In this document: one piece after another, positions 18,607-30,575 of the stretch
How the letters are laid out: each line of letters begins with the position of its first letter
How positions within the stretch are numbered: the stretch's first letter is position 1
Source: Monocercomonoides exilis PA203
Lineage: Eukaryota; Protista; Preaxostyla
DNA: 64,000 nt
Reading direction: 5' to 3'
Assembly: GCA_001643675.2 (NCBI GenBank)
Contig: LSRY02000035.1
Coordinates: forward strand, 868,001 to 932,000
Notes under the pieces: model-generated
Databases searched by the model: none
Told to the model about the DNA's origin: nothing
Seen by the model: the letters and a program-made list of their open reading frames with translations, nothing else
Made by a program: the position numbers and the translations under genes

Positions 18607-21243
18607 AGACCTATTTTAGTTAGAATCAATAAATTCAAATATGTTAACTCAATTTCAATTACCTTCAACTTATCCAAATTTGCTTAATCTAATTCGAATT
18701 CCCTTAAACTTTTTTTTGGTTAAAAGGGCAATTTTATGATCAACACAAAATGATCGCAAGTTTTTGTTTTTGTGCATTTTTCACTCACATTGAATGAAAA
18801 CTGAACAAAAGATTATGGCTCATCATTAAAAAGAAATGTGTGTGATCAATTTTTAAAAATTTTTGAGTTTTTTCTGTCAATTTTTCTTAAATGTGACTTT
18901 TTTTATTATTGATGTATTCTCTTTCTCATACACAAGCTTTGCATATTGTAACATGTTTTGGATATTCCATTTTAGCTTTTAACGAGATTCAAATTGTATT
19001 TTCTTAATTTTTTTCACATTTTGCAATATTTTCATTTCAACTTCAATTTTTATTGGCTATTAAATAACAAAGAATGAAAATGAAGTTTTAGTTAAAAAAT
19101 TTTTTTCAGAAAAATAAAACAAAAGAAAAAATCTTATAATTCAAAAAAAATTCTTTTTCCTTTTTTCAAAAAAAAAAAAAAAAGAAATGAGAGAGAAATT
19201 TGGTGAATGTTTATTTAAATAAATGATAAAGAGGATAACAGCCTTTATGTGGTTATTTGAATACAGTGATTGTTATTTTGTTTGACTATGATTTTCATTG
19301 GATGAGAAAGAAGATGATCGTGCCCGAGATAAGTTTGAAGCTGAAGATGCAGAAGAATCTGATTGTTGAGAAAATAAATGATGAGTTGAAATCAATTGCA
19401 AAGACGAAATTGGAGTATTTGACTGTAGTTGAGGAGAAATTGCCGTTTCATTCAGTGAAGCCTGAGAAGAATATTGTGTATTTATTAGGGGCAAAGGGGA
19501 ATTCAATAAAAACTGATTAGATGAAGTCGACTTCCGCAAACGAGTTGATTCCCATTGATCTGGAAGAAACCAAGAAAAAGGGCAACTTCTTGTATCATCA
19601 TCGTTTATTCTTTCTATTTCTTTCAATTTATCTTCATTTCTTTCAGTATTATTGAAATTGACAGTTTTTCTTTTTTCTTTTTCTTTTTCTTTTTCTCTTT
19701 CTCTTTCTTTTTCTTCAGAAGTTGAATCATCATCTATTTCTATTTCTTCTCTTTCTTCTAATTCCAATATTGAATGTTTTTGTTTTTTCTCTTGATCTGG
19801 ATGTTTGGAAAATCGTTCGCAGTATGGGTCATCTGATTCTGTTGATTCTTCTATAAATGATAAATAATGGAAATATGAAAGTGAAAAAATGTTCTTTTCA
19901 TGCTCAAAAGAACAATATGGGTGTAAAAACAAAAACAAACCAATTCTTTGGATTGGCTTTGAATATTCAAAAGTTGAATTCTCATTTGCAAGATTTAGTT
20001 TTTTTCTTTGTCTTTCTATATACTGCTCGTTCGCTTTCTTTTTCGCTTCCTTTTTTTGACAAAATTGAGTGTGAAGTTCGTAAATAATCAACTCGTTTGC
20101 ATCGCAATCTGATTTCGTTAAAGGATTATGTAAAATGTGAAAATTGGTTAAACAAACTGAAACAATAAAAAAATCTTCAACTGTTTTAATATCCATAGGC
20201 CAATTTCTTCTGAACACAGTAAATAAAGTCTTTAATCGTCCAAAAAATCTTTCCACAATAACCCTGTGCTTCGATAGATATGGCGTTCCTTGGGGCTTTG
20301 TAATAATAGCTCCCAATTCTGCTTTTGCTCCCATATAGGCCGAGTCTGCCATGATTTTGGAACCTTTGAGATGTTGAGAGAAGGTTGGATAGTGATTTTT
20401 GAATATTTCATAGTCATGAACGCTTCCTGGGTAAAAATCACTGATTGTGCTGGCTAATCCGTTCTTTGGGTTGACCCCAATTTCAACTTTAACACAGTAA
20501 GAATGATGTTTTCCACTAAAAAATTTTATTCCATCTGCCAATTTTCCACTTGGCCTGTTAATAGGCACAATTGTGCAATCCATAATTAGACCAACCTCTT
20601 GCAATTCTTTGATTCTATCTTTACGAAAAATCAAAAGTGAATTAACAAGTGTATCTTTTATGTTTCCAACGATGCTGTGTAATAACTGCGTAACTGAGCT
20701 ATGTGATTTGTAAAATGGATAAGTCACAAGTTCTGTCATTGATGTTGAGCCCAAATGAAGGAAATTGAGTAAAATAAAAAGTTGTTCGTCAATATTTTGA
20801 ATTGCCTTTTGCTTTCCACGATGTTGAGGTAACTCGTAATCAAGAAGAAGAAGCAACATATCGAATTCTGTTCTTGTGAAACCTGTCAAGCGGAAAAATC
20901 CGTGAATGGGATCTTCGCTTTTTTGACAAGCTTTTTCTATTAAGGAATTTTTTTTCTCTTCCGGAGTTATTGGCGTGTGCGTTGGAAGCGTTATTCTTTT
21001 TTCTGCACGCTCAAGAACCTCCAAAAAATTAAATCGTTCCATGACAAATATTTATTTGCAAAATTTCAATTGATCTTACACCATTTTTTGTTCAATCAAC
21101 TTTATGATCGACAAACCAGTATTTGAAGTTTTGAAATTGATTGAGTCATTTTGAAAAAGTATTTGTTTTATCGTATTTTTATCAAACTTATTTCAATTTT
21201 GTTCCACTTTTTCTAATTGAAAAAATATATTTAAAATAGGTCT
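18607..21243 (-). mobile_element. PIF/Harbinger-ISL2EU (IS5-like) DNA transposon, ~2.6 kb
   Basis: Inverted termini AGACCTATTTTA (18607-18618) / TAAAATAGGTCT (21232-21243), each flanked by AAT (18604-18606, 21244-21246), enclosing a DDE_Tnp_4-type transposase. Confidence 0.65.
19273..21042 (-). CDS. DDE_Tnp_4 (Harbinger/ISL2EU-like) transposase with low-complexity C-terminal tail; probable in-frame intron 19851-19940
   Basis: Motifs FFRLTGF, MDCTIVPINRP, FSGKHHSYCVK, GSVHD, IMADSAY, HRVIVERFFGRLKTLF. Confidence 0.85.
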   Translation of the reverse strand: MERFNFLEVLERAEKRITLPTHTPITPEEKKNSLIEKACQKSEDPIHGFFRLTGFTRTEFDMLLLLLDYELPQHRGKQKAIQNIDEQLFILLNFLHLGSTSMTELVTYPFYKSHSSVTQLLHSIVGNIKDTLVNSLLIFRKDRIKELQEVGLIMDCTIVPINRPSGKLADGIKFFSGKHHSYCVKVEIGVNPKNGLASTISDFYPGSVHDYEIFKNHYPTFSQHLKGSKIMADSAYMGAKAELGAIITKPQGTPYLSKHRVIVERFFGRLKTLFTVFRRNWPMDIKTVEDFFIVSVCLTNFHILHNPLTKSDCDANELIIYELHTQFCQKKEAKKKANEQYIERQRKKLNLANENSTFEYSKPIQRIGLFLFLHPYCSFEHEKNIFSLSYFHYLSFIEESTESDDPYCERFSKHPDQEKKQKHSILELEEREEIEIDDDSTSEEKEREREKEKEKEKRKTVNFNNTERNEDKLKEIERINDDDTRSCPFSWFLPDQWESTRLRKSTSSNQFLLNSPLPLINTQYSSQASLNETAISPQLQSNTPISSLQLISTHHLFSQQSDSSASSASNLSRARSSSFSSNENHSQTK

Positions 21244-21873
21244 AATGTTTTTTTTTCCACTTTTTTTTTCATTTGTTATTTTTATTCGGCTATTCAATTC
21301 GATTTACAAAAGGCTAATAATGAAAAATAATGAACTCAAAACAATCATCTCAATGAATTGAAACTTTTTGTTCAAAATTCAATTTGCTTAAATGGATTGA
21401 TCATATTATTACTGATATTTGAGAAAATTAACAACTTAATTATTATTTGATTTATCGTTTAGATTAAGAAAAGCACAATCATTTGCAAATATTGTTTAAA
21501 ATCTTAGCGTTCTTCACCAGTTGTTTGGCTTGAAGCTTTCATGAATTTAACTGTTCACTATGTTCCGATTTTCCAATACCTCCAACATTTCATGATCATT
21601 CTTTCAAATGTATCTATTATCAGCCACATACTGATTTTTCACAATTTGTAATGGGCGCGAACAAAGATATTTCATTTCATATTTAATGAATTTGTGCGTT
21701 TAATTTTTCAGATAGATTTTTCACACTTGTGTTGCTTGCACATTCCAAAATATTGTTTCAATCTCATTCCATGCGATCTCTTAAATTTCATTCACCATAC
21801 TTTGTGACTGACATGTGATCGATTTATGCTTGTGTCGATCAGTGGAAACACAGACAATTGAACATCAAAAGGA

Positions 21874-23175
21874 ATGTTTCTGAAATTCGTTTTAATCCAA
21901 GTTGCGATGATGACTCACTCTCAAGATGTTGATTCAACTGGCTTGACAGAAGCTTTTGTGAAGCAAAGTGGGAGTGAAAGCAGCAGTGGAGAATCAATCG
22001 ATCATGAAAAGAGTTCTTTGAAAAGTGCTTATGATCTGCTTGGAGACAATGAAGAGTGCCATTTGATGGTAGTGGATGATGCTGCTGCGCTGACAGCCGA
22101 GCCAATCACATTCAACAAGAGTCACGGAATAACCATTGAAGGAATAGAGAGCAACGGATACAGAAACACTGAAGCAACAATTGACTGCACTGTTTCAGCA
22201 TCATCAGTTTTATTCAATTGTGCAAAACATGTTGAATTCAAGTCTTTGGCATTCAACTTTCCAATATCAAGATCAAACAAATACACAGTCATTAGTGCAG
22301 GATCTGATTCTATTTCATTGGCAATCAGCGATTGCAGTTTTGTCAGGGTTAATATCAACCAACAAAATGGAGCTGTTGCTAATGTCAACGGAGACAATCT
22401 GGTTGCGAACAATCTTGTGAGGGTCACAACTGGGACAGCAACACTGAATGCAGTTTCATGTCAAGATGACACTGAAACAGTGACATTCTCGTATTCACCA
22501 TTCAGCTTCATTGGAGCAAGAGAAGTCTCATTGTTTGGAGTGGCAATCAACAAGGTGAATGTGCTTAATGGAGCCGCGATAAAAATCAAAGATCGGATTC
22601 ACAACTCAACAAAAGTTGTCATTGAGGGAATGAACATGATGGAAGTGAATTCAGAGGGAAGAACTGTTGGAGGTTTGCAAATATCTCTTGTATCTGAGGA
22701 ATCAACAGCAGACATCGGAAGAAGCAGTAAATGTACATTCAAATCGTGCACAGCACCAAATGGAAAATCTGGGGCAGTGTTTGTGAAAATGCCAGAGGCT
22801 ATGTCTCACTTGAAACTTCCATTGGCAAACAATTTGGATATCGACAGATCAAACATTGCACGTTCAACAGCCACATCTTTGTTCATTTCTGCACCAGATT
22901 ACGAAGAGTTCAGAGATCAAGAAGATGCATTTGAGTTTCAGCAGAGCTTCAACGGTGATATAGTTAACTTGGTTGATGGAGAGGAAGTTGAAATGGCTCA
23001 GGGAGATGTTGAAAATATATTAAATGGTATAAAGGATGTTGTCGATAATGTAGAAAATGTTGTAAATAAAGTCAAAGATAAAAGCACAACTGATTTTGGC
23101 ATAGAGATTGGAAATCTTGCCTTGAGCATTTTGAAGCTTATTATTATTTTAATTATTTATCGCAACACGAAATGA
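21874..23175 (+). CDS. Hypothetical beta-helix-like (pectin-lyase-like repeat) membrane protein, 433 aa, hydrophobic C-terminus; probably a truncated member of an expanded surface-protein family
   Basis: Long ORF with Asn/Ser/Cys-rich repeats (CTFKSCTAPNGKSGAVFV) and terminal LALSILKLIIILIIY. Confidence 0.55.
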   Translation: MFLKFVLIQVAMMTHSQDVDSTGLTEAFVKQSGSESSSGESIDHEKSSLKSAYDLLGDNEECHLMVVDDAAALTAEPITFNKSHGITIEGIESNGYRNTEATIDCTVSASSVLFNCAKHVEFKSLAFNFPISRSNKYTVISAGSDSISLAISDCSFVRVNINQQNGAVANVNGDNLVANNLVRVTTGTATLNAVSCQDDTETVTFSYSPFSFIGAREVSLFGVAINKVNVLNGAAIKIKDRIHNSTKVVIEGMNMMEVNSEGRTVGGLQISLVSEESTADIGRSSKCTFKSCTAPNGKSGAVFVKMPEAMSHLKLPLANNLDIDRSNIARSTATSLFISAPDYEEFRDQEDAFEFQQSFNGDIVNLVDGEEVEMAQGDVENILNGIKDVVDNVENVVNKVKDKSTTDFGIEIGNLALSILKLIIILIIYRNTK

Positions 23176-24041
23176 GACTCTAAACAGAAAACTTTTCAAG
23201 TTCCATAAAATTTTTATTTAACAGATGATATTTTCTTATGTTTTTTCTATTTCCCTATAGTTTTTGATTGCATTTTATGTTGAAACTTAATTTATTTTCG
23301 ATTTTTTTGAGATTTTTGTTTTTTTTTTAAAAGAAGTTTTGTCGAATATAAAACTTCATATGATGTCAAACAAGAAGAAAGAATATAGTAATTATTATTA
23401 TTATTATGATGTTGTATTGATTCAAAATCCAAGATGAAAAAAAGGATAAACATTAATTTTCATTTTGATAAATTGACAATAAATCAACTTTTTGATGTTC
23501 AACTTAAAAGTGATAAAGAGAAAGATTATCGAAACAAAGTTTGCCTTTAGGAAAAAAAAATACAAATCAGCGAAATATTAGATGAAATTTGAATAGACTT
23601 CTTCAATTAAAATAAACCCATTTAATTCAAATGAAATTGGTTCATTTTAATTAAAAACTGCATATGCAAATTAACGCTGAAATCCGTCTTGAAGAAGTTA
23701 TGAAAAATTATATGACATTTTGCAAAATAACTTAATGGTTCATTTGGTGTTATTTCTTAAAAAAAATTGAATTCAATTTTTTCAACAATTTTGATCTTTT
23801 TGTTTTTTATTGGAAATGTGACTAAATAACAACAAAATGAGCTTGAAAGACACCATAAAAAAATGAAGTGAGTTGAAGGTTTGTTTCGCTTATGTTTTTA
23901 TGTTTATTTTGAAAAAGAACACAGATGAAACGATCTTTATTTGGATAAAAATGTTGAAAGAAAAAGTGAAATGCTCCTTGCAATTTCGTTGTCTCAAACA
24001 ATAATTCCTGCAAAAATGCACTTAATGCAACGAAGCAGCTC

Positions 24042-25256
24042 ATGAACAAGCCTTTATTTTCTTCTTTTTCTTCTTCGTATCTCCATTCTTTTTGCATTGT
24101 TTTCTTTCTCATCCTCCACACTTGCAACCCCATCGATAGCGACATTCTCACCTCTCTCAGCAGCCTATCCACTTCTCTTTCTGCCTTCAATGCTTCTTTC
24201 CTCCATCAAACACGTTCTTCACCAAATAATCTTGGAAAATACAACGGATCCGAAACTCAAAGAAAGGAATTAAAAAGAATGTCCTCATTCAACCTAAATA
24301 GCTATCTCTTTGCATGGTGCGAATGGAATGATACAACTGGTAGGTCAAATCGTGGAGGTGCACTTTATGTTGTTTGTGAAAATGCAAATCTTTCAATCAC
24401 TTCTTGTTCATTCAACAATTGTTATTGCACAGGTGGCTGGGAAGGAGGAGCATTGTTCTGCGGAAATTTGTTAAAAATTGAAGCCACAAAATCGAAATTT
24501 CACAAACTGTTCTTCATTTCACGGAGGAGCAATTTGTACAGATGGTCAAAAATCATCTTCCGTTTATTCATTTTCTGATCACAAAGCAGAAAATTGTTCA
24601 GCCACAGATAATGGTTATGGTGGAGCATCACATTGTTTATATCTGTTAAAAATACCAATATCACAAAATCTGATTTCACAAACTGTTCTTCATTTCATGG
24701 AGGAGCAATTTGAATTGATGGAAGGCAATCATCTTCCGTTTATTCACTCTCAGAAAACAGAGCGGAAAGTTGTTCAATAACAAATTGGTGTGGAACTGGT
24801 TGGTATTTTGGGATCAATAACATGACCTCAACTTGTCAATTCCCGTTTTCCGAATGTTGGTGTATCGCAAATTCTGGTGGTGATTCTGCTGGTTCTTTTA
24901 CATTTTCTTATCCTCCACAAAATAAACCAAATCAATTTTTGGTTAATGATTGCCAATTCATAAACAACAAATTGACAAGTTCATCAACTTCCTATGGTGG
25001 CGCTGCGCTGTGTTGCACAGCAACTTATTCCTGGATGAGAGGAAATAAATTCATCACTTTCTGCTTCTTTAATGGTAACTCCGCCACAAATGGAAGAGGG
25101 AATGATTTCTTTTTCAATGGAAGCAGCATCATCCAATCTCCATTTCAGCAATGGAAACCAACCGTTGCACCCAGCATTATCCTGTATTGTTGTTCCACAG
25201 TCTTTATGTTGGAGTTGTTGATACGCAATCATCTTATCTCCTTTTTTTTCAAATGA
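24042..25256 (+). pseudogene. Frameshifted remnant of a secreted beta-helix (GGA-repeat) surface protein
   Basis: Signal-peptide-like N-terminus and repeated GGAL/GGAI plus CxFxNC motifs spread across three ORFs (24042-24578, 24478-24780, 24822-25256). Confidence 0.65.
24488..24777 (+). repeat. Imperfect ~110-bp direct duplication (about 24488-24600 and 24666-24777)
   Basis: ATTTCACAAACTGTTCTTCATTTCAYGGAGGAGCAATTTG...AATCATCTTCCGTTTATTCA occurs twice. Confidence 0.85.
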
Positions 25257-28200
25257 AAATTCATGAGAAATTTCATCTCTTCATTTTCTTCATTTTCTTC
25301 CTCACTCTCTCTTCCTATTCCTTCCGCTTCGATTATGTTTGTGAAAATATACCTTTTTTATGTGAAGCTAAAGCTATCGGCTTCCGTGTCCATTTCTCCT
25401 AAACCTCATGTTTTATTTCCTCTTTTTGCTTTTGTCCTTTATATTCCTTAAAAATTAACTTCATTACTCCATTGACTTTCTCTTCTTTCTCTTCTTCCTC
25501 CCCACTTCTCCTCCTCTTCTCACAACTTAAGCGTTGCCAGAGCATTCATCCCGCTTTCAACATAACCACATCTTCCACTTTCAGTCTTTTATTCTTAAGC
25601 GCCTTCTCCTCTATCTCTTCCACTTCACACGCTGCAACCCCTCACCAGATCGCTTAGTCGTCCTGTTTCACCATCACACGCATCGACTGCAGAGATCACC
25701 ATATCTGTAGTGAAGGGTCAAACAGATCGTTGGTGAACGGGAATGCTATTCACATCTGCCTCCGAAAAGATCCTCTTGCACCCCGACTTCGTTCCCATCG
25801 AAACTGCAACAACGGAAGTGGAGCTACCAGCTGAACAGAAAGCATCACCGAAAGCACCACATAATAGGCACATACGACACCCCCATACAACACAGCCCGC
25901 CGCGCCACATCACATCCCTGCAGCATCTGTAGCTCCATCAGAAACGACTATCTGTGATTTTCATACGTTTCAGCCGCCTCAGGCACCACAATACGTAGCC
26001 GCCTCTCGTTGTTGTCCATCGCTGTTTCAGACGTGTTTGAAGCCGCCACCTCCGACGCATCCGAAGGGTAAATTGCATGTGCAGATGAAGATGTTAATAA
26101 CTGTTCATCACCTCCCACCCACTTCTCTTCGCTTCTACACCTCTGGAGTGAAGATGCAGACCGGAGTCCTGCTCCATATCAGATTGATGAAAAAGATGAG
26201 GAAGATAGTATTTGATTTGGAAGAAGAAGAAGTTGATGAAGAAGAATGAGGAGACAATGAAAATAAACCTTTTCTTTCTACGGCACATGAGTGGCAGTAT
26301 TTCATAGAAGGGGAAAGAATTCATTTTCGAGTGTTTCTGCGTAGAATTCCCTTCAGTGATAAGTGAGGACTAGAAGGCAGGAATAGATCATTGAAGTTCG
26401 AAGGATATGAAGAAGAAAAAGAAGAAGTTATTGATGAGATTTTTTGATATTCAGAATAATGAAGTTTAACGATAACAAATACAAAGATTCTCGTTGAAAT
26501 CTATCTTTTTCTGTTTTAGATTTCTTTGGTATCATATTCTTCTTGCAAGCAGTAATTACTGTATCCTTCAAACATTCAACTTGCTCCTTAACCTCTTTCC
26601 AACAAAAAAGGAAACATTTAGAAATCCGTTTTTCCGTTTCTTCCTTTCCTCGTTTTCCTCTTTAATTTCCTCACTTCAATAAATAATATCGTTCAACTTA
26701 ATTATTTTTAAAGCAAGAACAAACGTTTTGTGTTTTGCGATATCATGAACACTGTCGATTTTCGTATTTCCTCTTTTCTTCATCTTGCTGAAAATGGATT
26801 TCTTCTTCATCTTAAAATCATTCGTCATATTTGAGTTCTTTTTTGCTTATATCTTTCATTAATCCAATCATTCCTTCAATCTTCTGTATTTGCTCTTCTT
26901 CATCGCAATTTTCCAGTTCAGAAAACAATTCTTCAAATAATAGATACAGAAAGAAAGAAATTCACTCATCAAGTGTTCTAATGCAACAACGAACATAAAA
27001 AAGTGAACTTTTTTGTGTTGTCCGTCATTTGCATTTTTACGAAAATATTGCATTCAGAAAACAACTGCAATCTTGCCTTTCACATTGAATTGGAGCATGT
27101 TGGGAAGAAGAAAATGACGATAATAAAAAACTCATAAAGATCATAGAAAAATATGCATTCAAACCGTTCCATCAAGCGTTGACATTTTCGACTTGTAATT
27201 TCAAAGAAAAAGAATTCTTTATCTTTTCTGTTTGTTGTTATGGTTTCAATGATCGAATCATTTACTTTAAACTGGAATATTCATACACAGAATGAGAAGT
27301 CAGTAAGTGAACATTACCTGTAGAACTAGAAATTATATTTCATGTGATGAAAGTTGACAATGGTAGAGATGCAATAATTCTGAAATTCTATCTGATGATT
27401 TTTGGAGATTGGAAGATAGAAGAAATACACCAATTTCATCAATTACACAAAAAGACATAACGTATGTATTTTGTATTGTTCTATTGATTGTGAAGATGTT
27501 TCCATCTGTATCATTTCCAAAGTGCAGGAATCCGTCTTATTGTTGAAATGGCAAATCTCCGCTTTGGAGAGCAATACGATGAGAACGGAGCTGATTATTA
27601 TATAGTCATTGGGAAATAAATGAAGTTACGCAAGATATATGATTTTTATTTGGAACAAGAGATGAAAACAAATTCAACTGAAGTTTTATTGAATGAAGAT
27701 TTATGGATGGAATTCTGTGAAGGACAAAATCTGCACAAAATTGTATAGCATTTTGGAATATAAGGCCTGATGGGTGGTTTGTGGTATTTTTTAACAAGGA
27801 AAGTGGTTGGCAATATCGAGGGAAGGATATTTATCACAAAAAAATACAACAGCTCAACGAAAAAAAAGGAGAAACCAAAAATATCGGTTTTATTTATAAG
27901 GTTTTCCTGTTTCTCGGACTGCGCCAGGCAGACATGGAAAGCGACGAAATTCTATTTCTGATTCCGCTTTTGCTTCAAAAGAGTGGAGAAACGCCAACTA
28001 CGAGACATCAAATTGATGAATATTAGTTGGCAGTTGAACAACATTCAGGCCAACAGCTCTTGAATTTCATTCTTCGAAGGGACAGCCATTTTGAGTGAGC
28101 AATGTGATTATCATTCGAAGTTTGCTTACTTCGATGCCACAGCCGATGAGAGAGAATTTGATGGTTTTTGTTTTCATCGTTTGTTTTTCAACAAAGCTGT

Positions 28201-29129
28201 TGTTTCGCTCAGTTTCTATGTTTGTACATGGTCCATTGAATTTTGTGCATTGTGCATCAGAGAATGCATTTCAGAAGCATTGTCATCTGCATCGTGAGCA
28301 TCGATGAATGAATGCCAACCTTTCCATCCATCTTCCTCCTCTTCGCTGTTGAAGCACAGCCAACTCATTCTCTTCGTTTTCATCAGGGTTTATCTTCCTC
28401 ATCCGCAATCTCGTTGGAATTTGGTGCCTTCCAATCACGCAGGCCGAAGAGCGATTTCCTTCAAGCACAGAAAGATGAGCATCCCTTCCTTCCTCGGCAT
28501 CCCCTTTTCGTCTGCTTCAATCCGCCGATCGTTGTTGTCTATTTCTTCTTCCCCTTTTTCTTCTGTGAAGCGAGCTTGGCGAATGCCCAAAAGCACAAAG
28601 TGTGGTCATTCAAGCCACAAGCACCCAAAGTCCGCAAACGCCATTGTTTTTTTTTAAATAATTGAGATTGTCTTCTTTTTTTATTCTTTTAATTTTCAGA
28701 TTTTGAAGAATGGAACAAACGAAGCAAAAAAAAAAAAAAAACTTTTACTTTCTTTGTTCATTTGGAGGAGGAAGCAAGAAGGCGAAAAGGAAGGGACAGG
28801 ACAAAATGGAGAGAAGAAGAAGAAGTAGTAGTAGTAGTAGAGAATATTAAAAAAAAAAATGAATGTTCGAAAGTGAATGGATGGGAAAGCACTTGGGTGG
28901 TCCTGTGGGCTTTTGTCGAATTGCTTAAAGCGATTTAGAAGCGGAAGGAATGCGCAGAGGGTGGATGGCGTGTCATTCTGCTTTGTCTGAATTATTTCTT
29001 TGTTTTGAAATTGGTTTTGGAGTTTGTTTTTTAGTCATATAAATATAATTTAAGTTTTAATAAATTATTTTATTATCTTTTTGTTTTGATTTCATATGCA
29101 ATCCTTCAACAATGCTGTAATATTTGTAG

Positions 29130-30449
29130 TCGTCATATCCTTCTTCGTTCAACTTCCAGTCAACCTTCCACCTTTTCTATTCTCGCCAGCTAGTCTCATC
29201 ACTCGACTGGATCAACACCCATCCGCTTTGCGCCGACTACCGCTCCAACACCCCTGACCAGTGCATGCAGCCCCTGGGACACGCCTACGAGCTTCCCTCT
29301 CTCATTGCCAATGGCACCCTCACACACATTCTGTCTGAGCAGCCAGGGGTGAAGACGCTGTTTGTGTGGAATGTGGATGGGATCGGCGTGTGGTGCGACA
29401 CAACGCTGCTGGGGAGGCATCGGAAGGGAGGAAGAGTGGTGGACTTTGAGGTGATGGAGAGAGGAGTGGACGACAAAGGGTGCTTTTTGAGGAGGGTGGA
29501 GACAGCGGGAGGGGAGGAAACGGAGACTGAGGCTGAAGAAGAGAATGGAGAAAGAGGAAAGGGAAAGAAATTGAATGAGATAGAAAGTGAGATAAGCAAC
29601 TCCAAAATTAATCAAAGCGAAAGAAAAGCATCAACAGAATGCGATAAAGACAAGACATCTTCAAACACATCTCAGTCGGAGCTTCCCGACAGCGCTCATT
29701 CAGCAGCTGATTCAGCGATGCTGTGCCTTCTTGGCGAGCACATGTTGAGTGAGGAAGAGAAATGGAAGCTCCGCTTTGTGGCAACAGGAGCCATGTGGAT
29801 CGATGTGGATGGGCTGCTGTCGCTGTTTGGGCTGACCAGAAGGGACATTCTGAAGCAGAATGAAGCGAATGTTGATGAAGCGAAAAGAGCACACAAAAAA
29901 ACAAAAGAACCCCACAATCCTTCTTTTGAAGCAACATCACAAGGCAAACAAAGCAATTTACTATTGAAATGCAATGAAACAACAGAAAAAGCACAAAACA
30001 TCATTTGTTGCACAGAAACACATCGAGTCAACCACAATTCCTTCCCCTTTGCTGCGTTCTCCTCCAACCAGCGCCCAGCACTCCCGCACTGCTTCTCTTT
30101 TCTCCCCTCTTTCCACTCGTTCCTCGCCCTGCTACCCACCCGCGTCTCCATCAAGCAGGTGCGGCGCACGAAAGACAACACAGGCGGTGAAGAGTCGCAT
30201 TCGACTGCTCAGATGGATAAGCTCTTCTCAGACATCACTCACGTCGACTGGCAAAGGCACTTTAAGGAGAGCCAGAAGAATTGCCAGATTGGAATTGGAC
30301 ATCAGAAGAAGGCAAACCTGTTTGGATACATTTGCGTTGAAAGGCTCAGAGGAATGAGCTTGAAGGAAAAAGGAAATGTGGATTCTTGGTCAGATGAAGG
30401 CGGTGATTTTTATGTTAATAAGCACTGCCTTTTTGAGGAAGACTTATAA
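29130..30449 (+). CDS. C-terminal part of a bacterial-type UTP--glucose-1-phosphate uridylyltransferase-like protein; 5' part missing or degenerate, possibly a pseudogene
   Basis: Frame opens after a TAG acceptor at 29129; DYRSNTPDQCMQPLGHAYELPSLIANGTL, WNVDGIG, FEVMER, WIDVDGLLSLFGLTRRD, PTRVSIKQV, AQMDKLFSDIT, RLRGMSLKE resemble that family as recalled, not searched. Confidence 0.6.
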   Translation, partial: SSYPSSFNFQSTFHLFYSRQLVSSLDWINTHPLCADYRSNTPDQCMQPLGHAYELPSLIANGTLTHILSEQPGVKTLFVWNVDGIGVWCDTTLLGRHRKGGRVVDFEVMERGVDDKGCFLRRVETAGGEETETEAEEENGERGKGKKLNEIESEISNSKINQSERKASTECDKDKTSSNTSQSELPDSAHSAADSAMLCLLGEHMLSEEEKWKLRFVATGAMWIDVDGLLSLFGLTRRDILKQNEANVDEAKRAHKKTKEPHNPSFEATSQGKQSNLLLKCNETTEKAQNIICCTETHRVNHNSFPFAAFSSNQRPALPHCFSFLPSFHSFLALLPTRVSIKQVRRTKDNTGGEESHSTAQMDKLFSDITHVDWQRHFKESQKNCQIGIGHQKKANLFGYICVERLRGMSLKEKGNVDSWSDEGGDFYVNKHCLFEEDL

Positions 30450-30575
30450 TGACAATTGTATTTGTTACAATTTTCTTGTTCATGTCATGAATATTTAGTA
30501 TTTTTTTGTTAACAATAATTATTTTATCCAAAAAGATTGGGAATTGATCATTCAATTGAAAAAATTAAAATTTTC

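Noticed and set aside
27540-27750. Kinase relic (LWMEFCEGQNLHKIV)
   Set aside because: A single motif amid stops with no other kinase subdomains recognisable
25640-28660. GC-richer patches and short ORFs, possibly retroelement or gene remnants
   Set aside because: No RT, RNase H, integrase or other family motif could be supported
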